Part shown: one piece after another, positions 20,147-29,046 of the stretch
Numbering within the stretch: the stretch's first letter is position 1
Layout of the letters: every line of letters begins with the position of its first letter
Virus record (IMG/VR): IMGVR_UViG_3300025872_000050
Location: 14,348-78,347 of that record
Source: a virus
Reading direction: 5' to 3' (one strand)
Length of the DNA: 64,000 nt
Made by a program: the position numbers and the translations under genes
The notes under the pieces: model-generated
What the model saw: only the letters and a program-made list of their open reading frames with translations
Told to the model about the DNA's origin: nothing
The model's database searches: none

Positions 20147-21136
20147 TTGCTCAAGACTCAGCGTGAAGTCCCCGGCACCATGCAGTGCCGCCCCGTGTTC
20201 TCGATCGCCGGCTTCGAGCCGGACGACCGCTACGTCATGGAGAAGAAGCTCGACGGCTTCCGTCTCCTCACCGTCGCTGACGGCCACGAGCTCGAGGGCT
20301 ACTCCCGAGCTCGCAAGCCGCAGCAGATCCGCGACCGGCTGCCGGTGATGCACATGGACCTGCGCCTGCGTCTCGCAGACGCGGGGGTCCGAGGCTACAC
20401 CGTCCTCGACGGGGAGCTCTCGACGCGCGACGACGACTTCGCATTCGTCGCCAGCGTCATGAAGTCGCTCCCCGACCGCGCCCGCAGGCTCCAGGTCCAG
20501 GAGCAGAACCTCGTCTACGTCGTCTTCGACGTGCTGTTCTGGAACGGCGAGGACGTGCGCGACTGGCCGTGGCGCGCTCGCCGCGCTCTGATCGACGACT
20601 ACCTTTTCCCGACCAACACGGCCGAGGAGATCAAGTCCTGGAAGAGCGAGAGCGCGACGGTGCTCCCCTCTGTCGTCGGCCCCGTGTTCCAGGGCCAGCT
20701 CGACAGCTGGCTCGAGGCCGGCGGAGAGGGCTGCATCGTCAAGCGGGTCGATCGCCCGTACGTCTCCGGCGGTCGCCCGACCGACAACTGGTACAAGTTC
20801 AAGGCTCGGTTCGACGCGGACGTCGTCGTCATGGGCTTCACGGACGGCCGCGAGGGCACCGGCGCGCGGCGCATGACGGACACCATCGGGGCCATCCAGT
20901 ACGGCCAGTACCGCGACGGCGTCCTGACGTACCGCGGCCAGTGCTCCGGGTTCGACGACAGCGTCCGCTTCGGCACGCTGGACATCGCCAACGGCGTCGA
21001 CGAGCGCGAGGCCATGATCGGCAAGGTCATGGTCATCGAGCACCGCGGCATCCAGAACCCAGGCTTCCGCCATCCGCAGTTCAAGGGCTTCCGCGACGAC
21101 AAGCTCGCGACCGAGTGCGTCTGGGACGAGGACTGA
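20147..21136 (+). CDS. lig: ATP-dependent DNA ligase
   Basis: EKKLDGFR (KxDG), LDGEL, VFDVL, EGCIVK and WYKFK motifs plus an OB domain (FRHPQF). Confidence 0.92.
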   Translation: MLKTQREVPGTMQCRPVFSIAGFEPDDRYVMEKKLDGFRLLTVADGHELEGYSRARKPQQIRDRLPVMHMDLRLRLADAGVRGYTVLDGELSTRDDDFAFVASVMKSLPDRARRLQVQEQNLVYVVFDVLFWNGEDVRDWPWRARRALIDDYLFPTNTAEEIKSWKSESATVLPSVVGPVFQGQLDSWLEAGGEGCIVKRVDRPYVSGGRPTDNWYKFKARFDADVVVMGFTDGREGTGARRMTDTIGAIQYGQYRDGVLTYRGQCSGFDDSVRFGTLDIANGVDEREAMIGKVMVIEHRGIQNPGFRHPQFKGFRDDKLATECVWDED

Positions 21137-21137
21137 G

Positions 21138-21344
21138 ATGATGGAGCGACTCATGATCGTCGAGCAGACCGCTCCTCCGTCGCAGCACTACTTGCGCTGC
21201 CCCTTCTGTCTGGGCTACAAGCACCTCCACGACCAGTACTGCGCACGCTGCGGAGCAGAGTGCGTCTCGATCGTCTGGAGGCGCGACGCCGACAAGGCCA
21301 TCAGCCCGGAGCTCGTCATGGTCGAGAGGACGTACTTCACATGA
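21138..21344 (+). CDS. Small zinc-ribbon protein
   Basis: CPFC...CARC. Confidence 0.55.
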   Translation: MMERLMIVEQTAPPSQHYLRCPFCLGYKHLHDQYCARCGAECVSIVWRRDADKAISPELVMVERTYFT

Positions 21345-21538
21345 GAGAGATGCGAGTCGAGCTGACCTTCACGCACAAGCCCCTCAACGAGGGGATGCTC
21401 CCGGACGAGGCTGCGACCGAGTTCACGGAGCTCATGGACTACGTCCTGGATCGGCTGCCCGACTACATGGGCGAGCTGATGAAGGGGTTCCCTGAGATCA
21501 GCCACACGGTCACGGTCAAAATCGACAACGGGAGCTGA
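21341..21538 (+). CDS. Hypothetical protein
   Basis: ATGA overlap; typical codon usage. Confidence 0.5.
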   Translation: MREMRVELTFTHKPLNEGMLPDEAATEFTELMDYVLDRLPDYMGELMKGFPEISHTVTVKIDNGS

Positions 21539-21540
21539 GG

Positions 21541-21654
21541 ATGCGCAAGAAGAGCCAGAGGCGGCTCGAGAAGAGGCTCGCCCGCGCGCTGGCGTGGGAC
21601 GCACGGTTCAAGGGTCGCGACGGCTTCAAGCGCCCCGGGTCCAACAAGAAGTGA
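21541..21654 (+). CDS. 37-aa Arg/Lys-rich peptide (MRKKSQRRLEKRLARALAWDARFKGRDGFKRPGSNKK)
   Basis: Fills the gap between two genes exactly; GGGAG upstream; below the ORF-track cutoff. Confidence 0.6.
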   Translation: MRKKSQRRLEKRLARALAWDARFKGRDGFKRPGSNKK

Positions 21655-21668
21655 GGAGGAGGTGAGCA

Positions 21669-23258
21669 ATGAGCTACGAGAAGGTCAGAGACGGCGGCAC
21701 GGTGCTCGTGATGCTCGGCGAAGACGTCAAGGCGATCTTCACCAGCGAGGTCTTGGCCGACGCCTGGATCCGCGACAACCCGGCGCCCGCAGAGCTCGCG
21801 CTCTCGGTGGCGGACTTCGACGAGAGCAAGCACCCGCGCTGGCCCAAGGGCACGCCGGCTGGCAAGGGCGGCAAGTTCCGCGAGGTCGCGGACCTCTTCG
21901 ATCTGGTGAAGAACTCGATCAGCGGCAGCTTCCGTTTCAAGGACGGGAGCACGACGTACGAGGTGCGACGCCATCTCGGCACAGTCACCGCCTTCAAGGT
22001 CGGCAGCGGCGGGAACCTCGGACGACCGATCCCGCTTCACAAGGACGACACATGGCAGGCGTTCCTCGTTCGCATGGACGGGCGTTCCACAGACGCAGAC
22101 GCCATCAATGCTGGCTGGCCCGACAAACATGCAGCCGCATGGCTCAACAGCGGTCGAGAGAAGTTCTCCGATGCAGCGGTCAAGAAGGCTGCTGACAAGA
22201 TGGAGAAGACCGGCTTCAACGCCGATGAGGTCGCGAAAGTTCGCGCGCTTGGTTCAACAGAGCAGAGCGCGGCCGATGAGATGGCGCGCAATCGGCAGAT
22301 CCGCGCCGATCGCGAGAAGGAAGCCCGGGCGAACGCGAACCCCAAGCTGTCCGAGTTCGATCGGCTGATCAAGCCGCGCATGAAGGACCCTCAGAGCGCG
22401 GACTTCTACTCGCAGATCGACTACGCGGGGCTCGCCGAGGACAACGGCGTGAGCGAGGACGAGATCGTCCGCGCGGTCGCGTCCATGACCGGAGCCGACT
22501 TCAACACGACCGAGAAGGGCGCCACGCGAGACGAGGATATCGGCCACGTCACGCTCGGCGGTTCCGGTCGACGGACCAAGCTCGACATGGGCGAGTGGGA
22601 CCGCGCTACGTTCGACGCGCTCATCGAGGACGCGAGCGGCGGCCGGAGGCCCAGCGGCAGCCCCGAGCGCAAGCACTACGCCGATCGCGAGAAGGAAGCT
22701 TCGATGTCCGAGTTCGATCGGCTGATCAAGCCCCGCATGAAGGACCCGGATAGCGCTGACCTCTACTCGCAGATCGACTACGCCGGCCTCGCCGAGGACA
22801 ACGGCGTGAGCGAGGACGTGATCGCTGTGGCCATCGCGACCATGAAGGACGCTCGCTTCGAGGAGACCGACACCCCAGCCGCTATCGACGACGACATCGG
22901 CCGCGTCATGATCGGCAAGCTCGACATGGGCGAGTGGGACCGCACTACGTTCGACACGCTCGTCCAAGACGCCAAGGCCAACAAGCGCGGCAACGGGAAG
23001 CCGGCTGTCGTCGTCGAGGACGTCGACATCATGAACGAGCGCATCAGCAACCCGTACAAGCTGGAGGAGGGCCTCAACGCGCGCTTCAAGCGCGTCCGCT
23101 TCAAGCTCGTGAAGGAGCGCGGTCCGGGCGGCGGCAACCCGACGTTCAACATCGAAGGTGCTCCGGCCGACGTCGCGAAAGCTCTGCAGCGGCTCGGCTA
23201 CGACAAGGGCGACTTCGCGGAGATGTTCCCCGAGCTTGCGAAGGCGCTCAAGGCGTGA
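21669..23258 (+). CDS. Putative packaged/internal virion protein with an FDESKHPR..GGKF motif and an internal duplication
   Basis: HPR...GxF motif seen in phage head-associated proteins; two near-identical ~100-aa repeats. Confidence 0.55.
   Translation: MSYEKVRDGGTVLVMLGEDVKAIFTSEVLADAWIRDNPAPAELALSVADFDESKHPRWPKGTPAGKGGKFREVADLFDLVKNSISGSFRFKDGSTTYEVRRHLGTVTAFKVGSGGNLGRPIPLHKDDTWQAFLVRMDGRSTDADAINAGWPDKHAAAWLNSGREKFSDAAVKKAADKMEKTGFNADEVAKVRALGSTEQSAADEMARNRQIRADREKEARANANPKLSEFDRLIKPRMKDPQSADFYSQIDYAGLAEDNGVSEDEIVRAVASMTGADFNTTEKGATRDEDIGHVTLGGSGRRTKLDMGEWDRATFDALIEDASGGRRPSGSPERKHYADREKEASMSEFDRLIKPRMKDPDSADLYSQIDYAGLAEDNGVSEDVIAVAIATMKDARFEETDTPAAIDDDIGRVMIGKLDMGEWDRTTFDTLVQDAKANKRGNGKPAVVVEDVDIMNERISNPYKLEEGLNARFKRVRFKLVKERGPGGGNPTFNIEGAPADVAKALQRLGYDKGDFAEMFPELAKALKA
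22304..22970 (+). repeat. Intragenic direct duplication (about 22304-22630 and 22679-22970)
   Basis: SEFDRLIKPRMKDP.SAD.YSQIDYAGLAEDNGVSED and KLDMGEWDR.TFD occur twice with high nucleotide identity. Confidence 0.9.
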
Positions 23259-24214
23259 GGATCCTCTTCGGTCCCGTGGAAAGCCTCGGGCACCCCTTCC
23301 ACCCCCATCCGGCGGAGCTCCTCAAGGAGCGCGAGATCGGCAAGCACGACGTGACGTGCTTCTCGCTCGCGACGCTCGAGACGCCCAACTGGTGGGACAG
23401 CGTCTCGAACATCGACGCGGTCGTCATCTGGGACCCGATGTGGCGTACCGTCGAGGCTCTGACCAAGCCGCTGGCCCTGGCCACGGCGCTCGACGCGCCC
23501 AAGGTCGGGATCTTCGGCGACTGGTCTGCAGGCTGGTACTCGCGCTTCGAGCACGCCGGCGTGCAGCGGTCTCTGCCCATGTTCGACGCGGTGCTGACCT
23601 GCCGTGCGGGCAAAGTGGCGCTCGCTCCGGGCTTCAACGGCCCGATCATCGCGACGCCGAACCTGCTCACCTACGGGCGCATGATCGACAGAGGCGATCC
23701 TCTGACCGGTGACGACCTCGTGCGCGAGTGGCCGAGCCACGAAGAGCGCGAGATCGACGTCTGCTTCGTCGGCCACAAGCAGAGCAACTCGGTACCGCTG
23801 AGGCCGTACATGCTCGAGCAGCTCGAGCAGATCTGCGCCAGGAACGGCTGGTCGCTGACGAACGCGATGATGCCATGGGACCTGCTCGAAGGGGAGCTGC
23901 TCAGGTCCAAGGTCTGCTTCAACTGGTCCCTCGGCACGACACTGAACTGCCGCGTCTACGAAGCGGCGGCTGCCGGCTGCACGCTGGTCACGGATTACCA
24001 TTGCATCGACAACGGCCAGATCAACAGCTGGGCACGGTTCTACGCGAACGAGGCTCAGCTGGAGGTTCAGCTCGAATGGCTGCTGCGCAGAGACTTCACG
24101 TCGATGCGCACTGGGCTCGCCTGGGAGGCGACGCGTTGGGCCATCGAGCACAGCCCATACCGTACCTGGAAGAGGAACTTCGATGCCATCGAAGAAGCCC
24201 TACAGGCGCTATAA
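23255..24214 (+). CDS. GT-B glycosyltransferase (CgeB/Glyco_trans_1_2-like)
   Basis: DVCFVG...R...SKVCFN...NCRVYEAAAAGC..LVTD. Confidence 0.8.
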   Translation: MRILFGPVESLGHPFHPHPAELLKEREIGKHDVTCFSLATLETPNWWDSVSNIDAVVIWDPMWRTVEALTKPLALATALDAPKVGIFGDWSAGWYSRFEHAGVQRSLPMFDAVLTCRAGKVALAPGFNGPIIATPNLLTYGRMIDRGDPLTGDDLVREWPSHEEREIDVCFVGHKQSNSVPLRPYMLEQLEQICARNGWSLTNAMMPWDLLEGELLRSKVCFNWSLGTTLNCRVYEAAAAGCTLVTDYHCIDNGQINSWARFYANEAQLEVQLEWLLRRDFTSMRTGLAWEATRWAIEHSPYRTWKRNFDAIEEALQAL

Positions 24215-24237
24215 CACCCCGATGGGGACTCGCGCGA

Positions 24238-24266
24238 CCGCGGCGTTCATCGCCGCGGCTTTTCTT
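24238..24266 (+). terminator. Rho-independent terminator
   Basis: CCGCGGCG-ttcat-CGCCGCGG followed by CTTTTCTT. Confidence 0.8.
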
Positions 24267-24305
24267 ATGCTCGCTTTCGTCGTCTACCGCATACTGGGAG
24301 GGTGA

Positions 24306-24512
24306 ATGGCTAACGACAACATCGAAGATCTCCCGGCGTCCACGCCTGGGATCGTCGTCATCAAGGACTACCCGAACGGGACGTCTCTGATCGAGTGCCA
24401 CCACCACTCAAGCCAGGTCACCGGGGTCATCTGCGGCGTCTGCAGGGCGTCGATCTCCGAGACGCGTCCCGTGAAGAAAGTCGTCCGGCTCACGGCTGGG
24501 AAGCTGCTATGA
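24306..24512 (+). CDS. Small zinc-binding hypothetical protein
   Basis: CHHH...CGVC; GGGAGG SD. Confidence 0.55.
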   Translation: MANDNIEDLPASTPGIVVIKDYPNGTSLIECHHHSSQVTGVICGVCRASISETRPVKKVVRLTAGKLL

Positions 24513-25189
24513 CGACTGGCCACGAGCACAAGACGATCACCGAGCTGCGCAACCAGCTCAACTGGTGGAAGAACAACCCGAAGGCGCGCAGGCAGCATCC
24601 CAAAGACGTCGTCGACGAGATGGTGGACTCGCTCGAAGCTGAGATCGCCAAGCGCCCGCGAGGCCCAGGCCGTCCAGTCGGGTACAAGGTCAGCGACGAG
24701 ACCAAGGCCAAGATCTCGCGTTCGCGCAAGGAGGGCAAGGCTCTTCGCGAGACCTTGAAAGCGGGCGCCGTGCCGCCCGAGCGCGTCCACGAGAGCATCC
24801 CGCCTCCTCCGGCCACGGCGGACATCGACGAGGGCCTGAGGCGCGAGATCTGGGAACGGGATCAGCGGCGATGTCGGGGATGCCACTCGCCGTCGCACGA
24901 GAGCAGCTTCAACAAGAAGCGCGGACGCTGGAAGGTGCGCTACCGCTCCGAGGATGGCGTCATGGTCACGCAGATCAACAGAGATGCCCCGTCCGGCGAG
25001 AACCTCATCACGCTCTGCGCGTTCTGCCGCGAGATGGTCGCTCAGGGCGGCCTGAGCATGATCGGGCTGCGAGGGACGTACTTCAGCGCGTCGGACATCG
25101 TCAACGAGCCGCAGTCTGGAGACCTGCTCGAAGGCGTCGACCCCATGTCGCTGGTCGGCGGTACTGGGAAGGAGTACAATGCCGGTTGA
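24509..25189 (+). CDS. NUMOD3 plus degenerate HNH-like protein
   Basis: GYKVSDETKAKIS (NUMOD3); LRREIWERD..CRGC...NLITLCAFC lacking the usual His residues. Confidence 0.6.
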   Translation: MTTGHEHKTITELRNQLNWWKNNPKARRQHPKDVVDEMVDSLEAEIAKRPRGPGRPVGYKVSDETKAKISRSRKEGKALRETLKAGAVPPERVHESIPPPPATADIDEGLRREIWERDQRRCRGCHSPSHESSFNKKRGRWKVRYRSEDGVMVTQINRDAPSGENLITLCAFCREMVAQGGLSMIGLRGTYFSASDIVNEPQSGDLLEGVDPMSLVGGTGKEYNAG

Positions 25190-26891
25190 AGCGCGCAGGG
25201 TGCGCAACGCGATCAGAGTCGGGTTCCCGTACGACCGCGGGGTCATCGACCGCGTGAAGCAGATCCCCGGCTACGAGTGGGACAAGGGGAAGCGCGAGTG
25301 GAAGTTCCCGCTCGACACGCTCACGGTGGACTACCTCGTGCGCATGTTCGACGACCTGACGATCGACCCGAGCCTGTCCGACTGGTACGACGCGGCCAAG
25401 AAGCGCGCCGACCGCATCAAGCTGGCGCGATCAGGCGAGCTCGACCAGCTGCTGTACGAGCACTCACTCAAGCTCTACCCCTACCAGAAGACGATGGTCG
25501 CCTTCATGACCGAGGCCAAGCGCTGCCTCAACAGCGACCAGATGGGCTTGGGCAAGACGATCGAGACGATCGCGTCCATCCGTGAGCTCGATCTGAGAGG
25601 CGAGCTCGAGAATCGGCGCTTCCTGATCGTCTGCCCCAACTCGATGCGGTACACGTGGATGCGGGAGATCGCGACGTGGTACCCCGAGACGCTGCCTGTC
25701 GCGGTCGTCAACAGCGGGCGTGAGCTCGAGGCCGACGAGGGCTGGTTCATCATCAACTGGGAGAAGCTCTGGAGGCGCGAGGCTGCGCTCCTGGCCAAGC
25801 CGTTCGGTGCCATCGTCGGTGACGAGTCGCATCGCATGAAGAACAAGGACGCGAAGCAGTCGAAGGCGATGCACAAGCTCGACTCCAAGGTGAAGTTCCT
25901 GCTGTCGGGCACGCCGATCAAGAACCACGTGCCCGAGCTCTGGTCACAGCTGCACTGGCTCGACCGCGCGCGGTTCTCGAGCTACTGGAAGTTCATGGAC
26001 CAGTACGTCATGCTCCAGGAAGACTTCTGGGGCCACAAGCAGATCGTCGGCACCAAGAACGAGGACGAGCTGCGCGAGGTCCTGACCACGATCCAGATGG
26101 GCCGCACGATCGACGAGGCTTGGCACGATCGGCCGACGCTCGTCGGTCCGAAGCTGCTGCGCGTCACGCTCGGAGACCGGCAGCGCAAGGCGTACACGCA
26201 GATGCAGGAGGAGCTCGTCGCCGAGATCGAGCGCACCGACAGCGACGTGGGCGACATCATCAAGGCGCCCAACTGGATGACGCAGTTCCTGAGGCTCAAG
26301 CAGATCGCGGGCTCGCTGGGCATCTTCAGCGACGAGCACAAGGACTCCGCCAAGCTGGACCTCCTGTTCGAGAAGATGGAGGAGGCCGAGGGCGAGAAGA
26401 TCGTCGTCATGTCTCAGTTCCGCACGCTCACGATGGAGCTGCATGAGCGCCTCAAGCAGGCGGGCGAGCCGCACATCGTCCTGACTGGGCAAGGCGTCGG
26501 ATCGTGGGACCCCTCTGACGGCTACAAGAAGTTCGCCACCAGAGACGATGCCTGCGTCGCGTTCAACACCGACCCCAAGTGGCGGCTCTTCATCGCGACC
26601 ACGCAGACTGGAGGCGAGGGGCTCACGCTCGTGGGAGCGCGCTACTTCTTCTTCCTCGACCTGCTCTGGACTCCGGCCGACAACGATCAGGCCTGGGCCC
26701 GCGTCTACCGCCGCGGCCAGACGCGCACCACGTTCGTCTACGCGATCGTCGCCGACGACACCATCGACTTCAGCGGCATCTTGCCAAAGCTGAAGACCAA
26801 GAGGGACATCATCGAGGCGGTGTTGGGTAAGCGAGACGAGTCGGAGGTGCCGCTCAGCACGAACGACGCGAACGAGCCCGACGAGGCATAA
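25179..26891 (+). CDS. SNF2-family helicase/annealase with an N-terminal HARP-like domain
   Basis: DQMGLGKT, DESH, LSGTP, GGEGLTL and QAWARVYRRGQ motifs. Confidence 0.92.
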   Translation: MPVEARRVRNAIRVGFPYDRGVIDRVKQIPGYEWDKGKREWKFPLDTLTVDYLVRMFDDLTIDPSLSDWYDAAKKRADRIKLARSGELDQLLYEHSLKLYPYQKTMVAFMTEAKRCLNSDQMGLGKTIETIASIRELDLRGELENRRFLIVCPNSMRYTWMREIATWYPETLPVAVVNSGRELEADEGWFIINWEKLWRREAALLAKPFGAIVGDESHRMKNKDAKQSKAMHKLDSKVKFLLSGTPIKNHVPELWSQLHWLDRARFSSYWKFMDQYVMLQEDFWGHKQIVGTKNEDELREVLTTIQMGRTIDEAWHDRPTLVGPKLLRVTLGDRQRKAYTQMQEELVAEIERTDSDVGDIIKAPNWMTQFLRLKQIAGSLGIFSDEHKDSAKLDLLFEKMEEAEGEKIVVMSQFRTLTMELHERLKQAGEPHIVLTGQGVGSWDPSDGYKKFATRDDACVAFNTDPKWRLFIATTQTGGEGLTLVGARYFFFLDLLWTPADNDQAWARVYRRGQTRTTFVYAIVADDTIDFSGILPKLKTKRDIIEAVLGKRDESEVPLSTNDANEPDEA

Positions 26892-26913
26892 CTCAGTCGG
26901 GTATATTCCCGTA
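26888..26913 (+). promoter_or_regulatory. Motif B copy (ATAACTCAGTCGGGTATATTCCCGTA)
   Basis: 22 of 26 positions identical to 9815-9840. Confidence 0.5.
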
Positions 26914-26939
26914 ACCATTATCTCGAAAGCGAGGTGATC

Positions 26940-27365
26940 ATGCAGACGTTCCTCCCGTACGACGACTTCGTGCAGACGTCGCGCTGTCTCGACCGCCAGC
27001 GTCTCGGCAAGCAGCGAGTCGAGGTTCTTCAGCTGCTGAAGGCCTTCGACACAGGTAAGGGCTGGGTCAACCACCCAGCCGCGAAGATGTGGCGCGGGTA
27101 CGAGGGCAAGCTGATCGACTACGGCCACGAGATCTGCCAGGAGTGGAAAGAGCGCGGCTACAAGGACACGTGCGACGAGAAGATCTGTGCCTACGAGCTC
27201 GTGTTCGACGTCGATCGCCTCATGGACCCGATGCCGCCGTGGATGGGCGATCCCGCGTTCCACCTGAGCCACAAGAGCAACCTGCTGCGCAAGATGCCCG
27301 ACCACTACCGTCAGTTCTGGCCGGACGTGCCCGACGATCTGCCCTACGTGTGGCCTGTGAACTAA
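26940..27365 (+). CDS. Pyrimidine-dimer DNA glycosylase (endonuclease V / MSMEG_6728-like)
   Basis: MQTFLPY...LDRQRLGKQRVE...HPAAKMWRGY...SHKSNLLRK. Confidence 0.88.
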   Translation: MQTFLPYDDFVQTSRCLDRQRLGKQRVEVLQLLKAFDTGKGWVNHPAAKMWRGYEGKLIDYGHEICQEWKERGYKDTCDEKICAYELVFDVDRLMDPMPPWMGDPAFHLSHKSNLLRKMPDHYRQFWPDVPDDLPYVWPVN

Positions 27366-27410
27366 AGTAAACTACACGAGAGCGGCTCGAATAAAACTCG
27401 GGCTGCTAGG

Positions 27411-27439
27411 TATCTTCTTCCTCCGCAAAATGTTACAAT
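27411..27439 (+). promoter_or_regulatory. Promoter with extended -10 (TGT-TACAAT) driving the replication operon
   Basis: AT-rich gap; shares TCTT.TTCCCTCCG.AAA..TACAATAC-like context with 43519-43549. Confidence 0.6.
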
Positions 27440-27473
27440 ACACTAGTACAACTCGAAGGAAAGGCTGCGTACC

Positions 27474-27710
27474 GTGACCCAAGACTTGCGCTCGCGCGTC
27501 GAGCGAACCGAAGCGCTGATGCGCCGGTTCATCGCGCTGAAGATCAGTGCCGCGCGCTGGGCCCAGCACACTCGCGACATCGACCAGGAGGTGAGCTATC
27601 GCACGATCCGTCGCGTGATCGAGGGAGACATCCCAACGCTGACAACCATCGATCGCCTTGAGAAGGCGCTCGACGCAGAAGAGGAGAATCGGCTTGCAAC
27701 AGCAGCATAG
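27474..27710 (+). CDS. XRE/Cro-like HTH regulator
   Basis: SYRTIRRVIEG..PTLTTIDRLEKAL. Confidence 0.6.
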   Translation: MTQDLRSRVERTEALMRRFIALKISAARWAQHTRDIDQEVSYRTIRRVIEGDIPTLTTIDRLEKALDAEEENRLATAA

Positions 27711-28143
27711 CGCCGTTTCGCCGAGCCTCGACAACGAGATCAGAAACTACGTCTCCAAGAGACGCAGGTACGAGCATCTCCAGGCTGAGGCAGATGAAGC
27801 GAAACGGACATGGAGAGAACAGGAGCAAGCGCTTTGGACGTTCCTGGAGTCCGAGGATCTGAAGACGGTGCACCACACGCTCGGCCGCATCACTCGCGGC
27901 ACTCGTCAGATCGCTCTCATCAAGGACCCGGAGTCGCTGATGCGTGAGCTGGACGATCTTGGCCTTCGAGGAGCGATGACCAAGATCGAGTTCCGCAAGG
28001 CTGAGATCAACAAGCTCACGCGCGAGCGCGAGAACGCCGGCAAGGACCTGCCCGCCGGGATCGAGCTGCTCACGTCCAACACGATCACGTACACGCCGTC
28101 GCGGGTAGCCCCCGAGGGGATGGAAAGGGAGGTCGAGGACTGA
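27694..28143 (+). CDS. Conserved phage coiled-coil protein (Gp157/gp33-like)
   Basis: TTG after GAGGAG; C-terminal LPAGIE. Confidence 0.55.
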   Translation: MQQQHSAVSPSLDNEIRNYVSKRRRYEHLQAEADEAKRTWREQEQALWTFLESEDLKTVHHTLGRITRGTRQIALIKDPESLMRELDDLGLRGAMTKIEFRKAEINKLTRERENAGKDLPAGIELLTSNTITYTPSRVAPEGMEREVED

Positions 28144-28985
28144 TGACCGGCAAGGAAGTCGCCGTACCGGAAGGAGCCGAGCTCGAGCTGACAGCCGAGC
28201 AGCAGGCCTACATGGACGAGCTGTCTCGCGATGCCAAGTCGGGCATCGACATGCGGGAGGACATCACCCTCCCCGCGCTCAAGCTCGTCCAGGCAACGTC
28301 GTCCGACGTGGGAGACGCCCGCAAGGGTGAGATCTACCACACGTTGTCAGGCGAGGCGTTCAAGACGGTGCAGTTCCTCATCATCACGACCTTCAAGACG
28401 AGGACGTACTGGGGCGATCGCGAGGACCTCGGTGGTCCTCCGGTGTGCTCGTCCGACAACGCCCTTGACGGCTGGGGCACGCCCACCGAAGAGGAGGTCG
28501 AGCGCGACGGCGGCGTGCCGTACGGCCAGCTCCTCACCCAGAAGGGCCCTCACGGTGGCGGTTCCTGCCGCGCGTGCCCGAAGGCCGTCTTCGGCGCGGG
28601 CTGCCAGGAGCAGTACAACTACCTGGGCTACATCATCGGCGACGAGGGAGGCATCGACGGGCAGCTGCCCGCCGGCGTCCTCATGAAGCGCACCAGCGTC
28701 AAGGTCGCGAAGCGGCTCAACGCGCTGATCCTCAACATGAAGTACCCGTGGTCGAACATCATCGAGCTGACGTCCAAGGACGACGTCAACAAGGCGGGCC
28801 AGGCCTTCCAGATCTGGGAGATCAAGAAGGGTCGGCCGGCCACGATGGACGAGATGGTGGGAGCGGCACGCGCTGCTGCCCAGCTCAAGGAGGCGAGGGA
28901 CGCCGGCCAGCGCATCACGGTCGACGACTCCGATCCCGCGTCCGAGAGCTCCTCGGCCACCGGCGACAGCGACATCCCGTTCTGA
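28143..28985 (+). CDS. ssDNA-binding protein-like
   Basis: DITLPALKLVQ...CSSDN...C..C; acidic C-terminus ending DIPF; upstream of the primase. Confidence 0.65.
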   Translation: MTGKEVAVPEGAELELTAEQQAYMDELSRDAKSGIDMREDITLPALKLVQATSSDVGDARKGEIYHTLSGEAFKTVQFLIITTFKTRTYWGDREDLGGPPVCSSDNALDGWGTPTEEEVERDGGVPYGQLLTQKGPHGGGSCRACPKAVFGAGCQEQYNYLGYIIGDEGGIDGQLPAGVLMKRTSVKVAKRLNALILNMKYPWSNIIELTSKDDVNKAGQAFQIWEIKKGRPATMDEMVGAARAAAQLKEARDAGQRITVDDSDPASESSSATGDSDIPF

Positions 28986-28991
28986 GACATG

Positions 28992-29015
28992 AGGGGCCGC
29001 CGAAAGGCGGCCCCT
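28992..29015 (+). terminator. GC hairpin with a GAAA loop (terminator/attenuator without a U-tract)
   Basis: AGGGGCCGCC-GAAA-GGCGGCCCCT. Confidence 0.65.
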
Positions 29016-29046
29016 ACGTCTCCTTGCTCGGAGACGGGGGTCGTCT

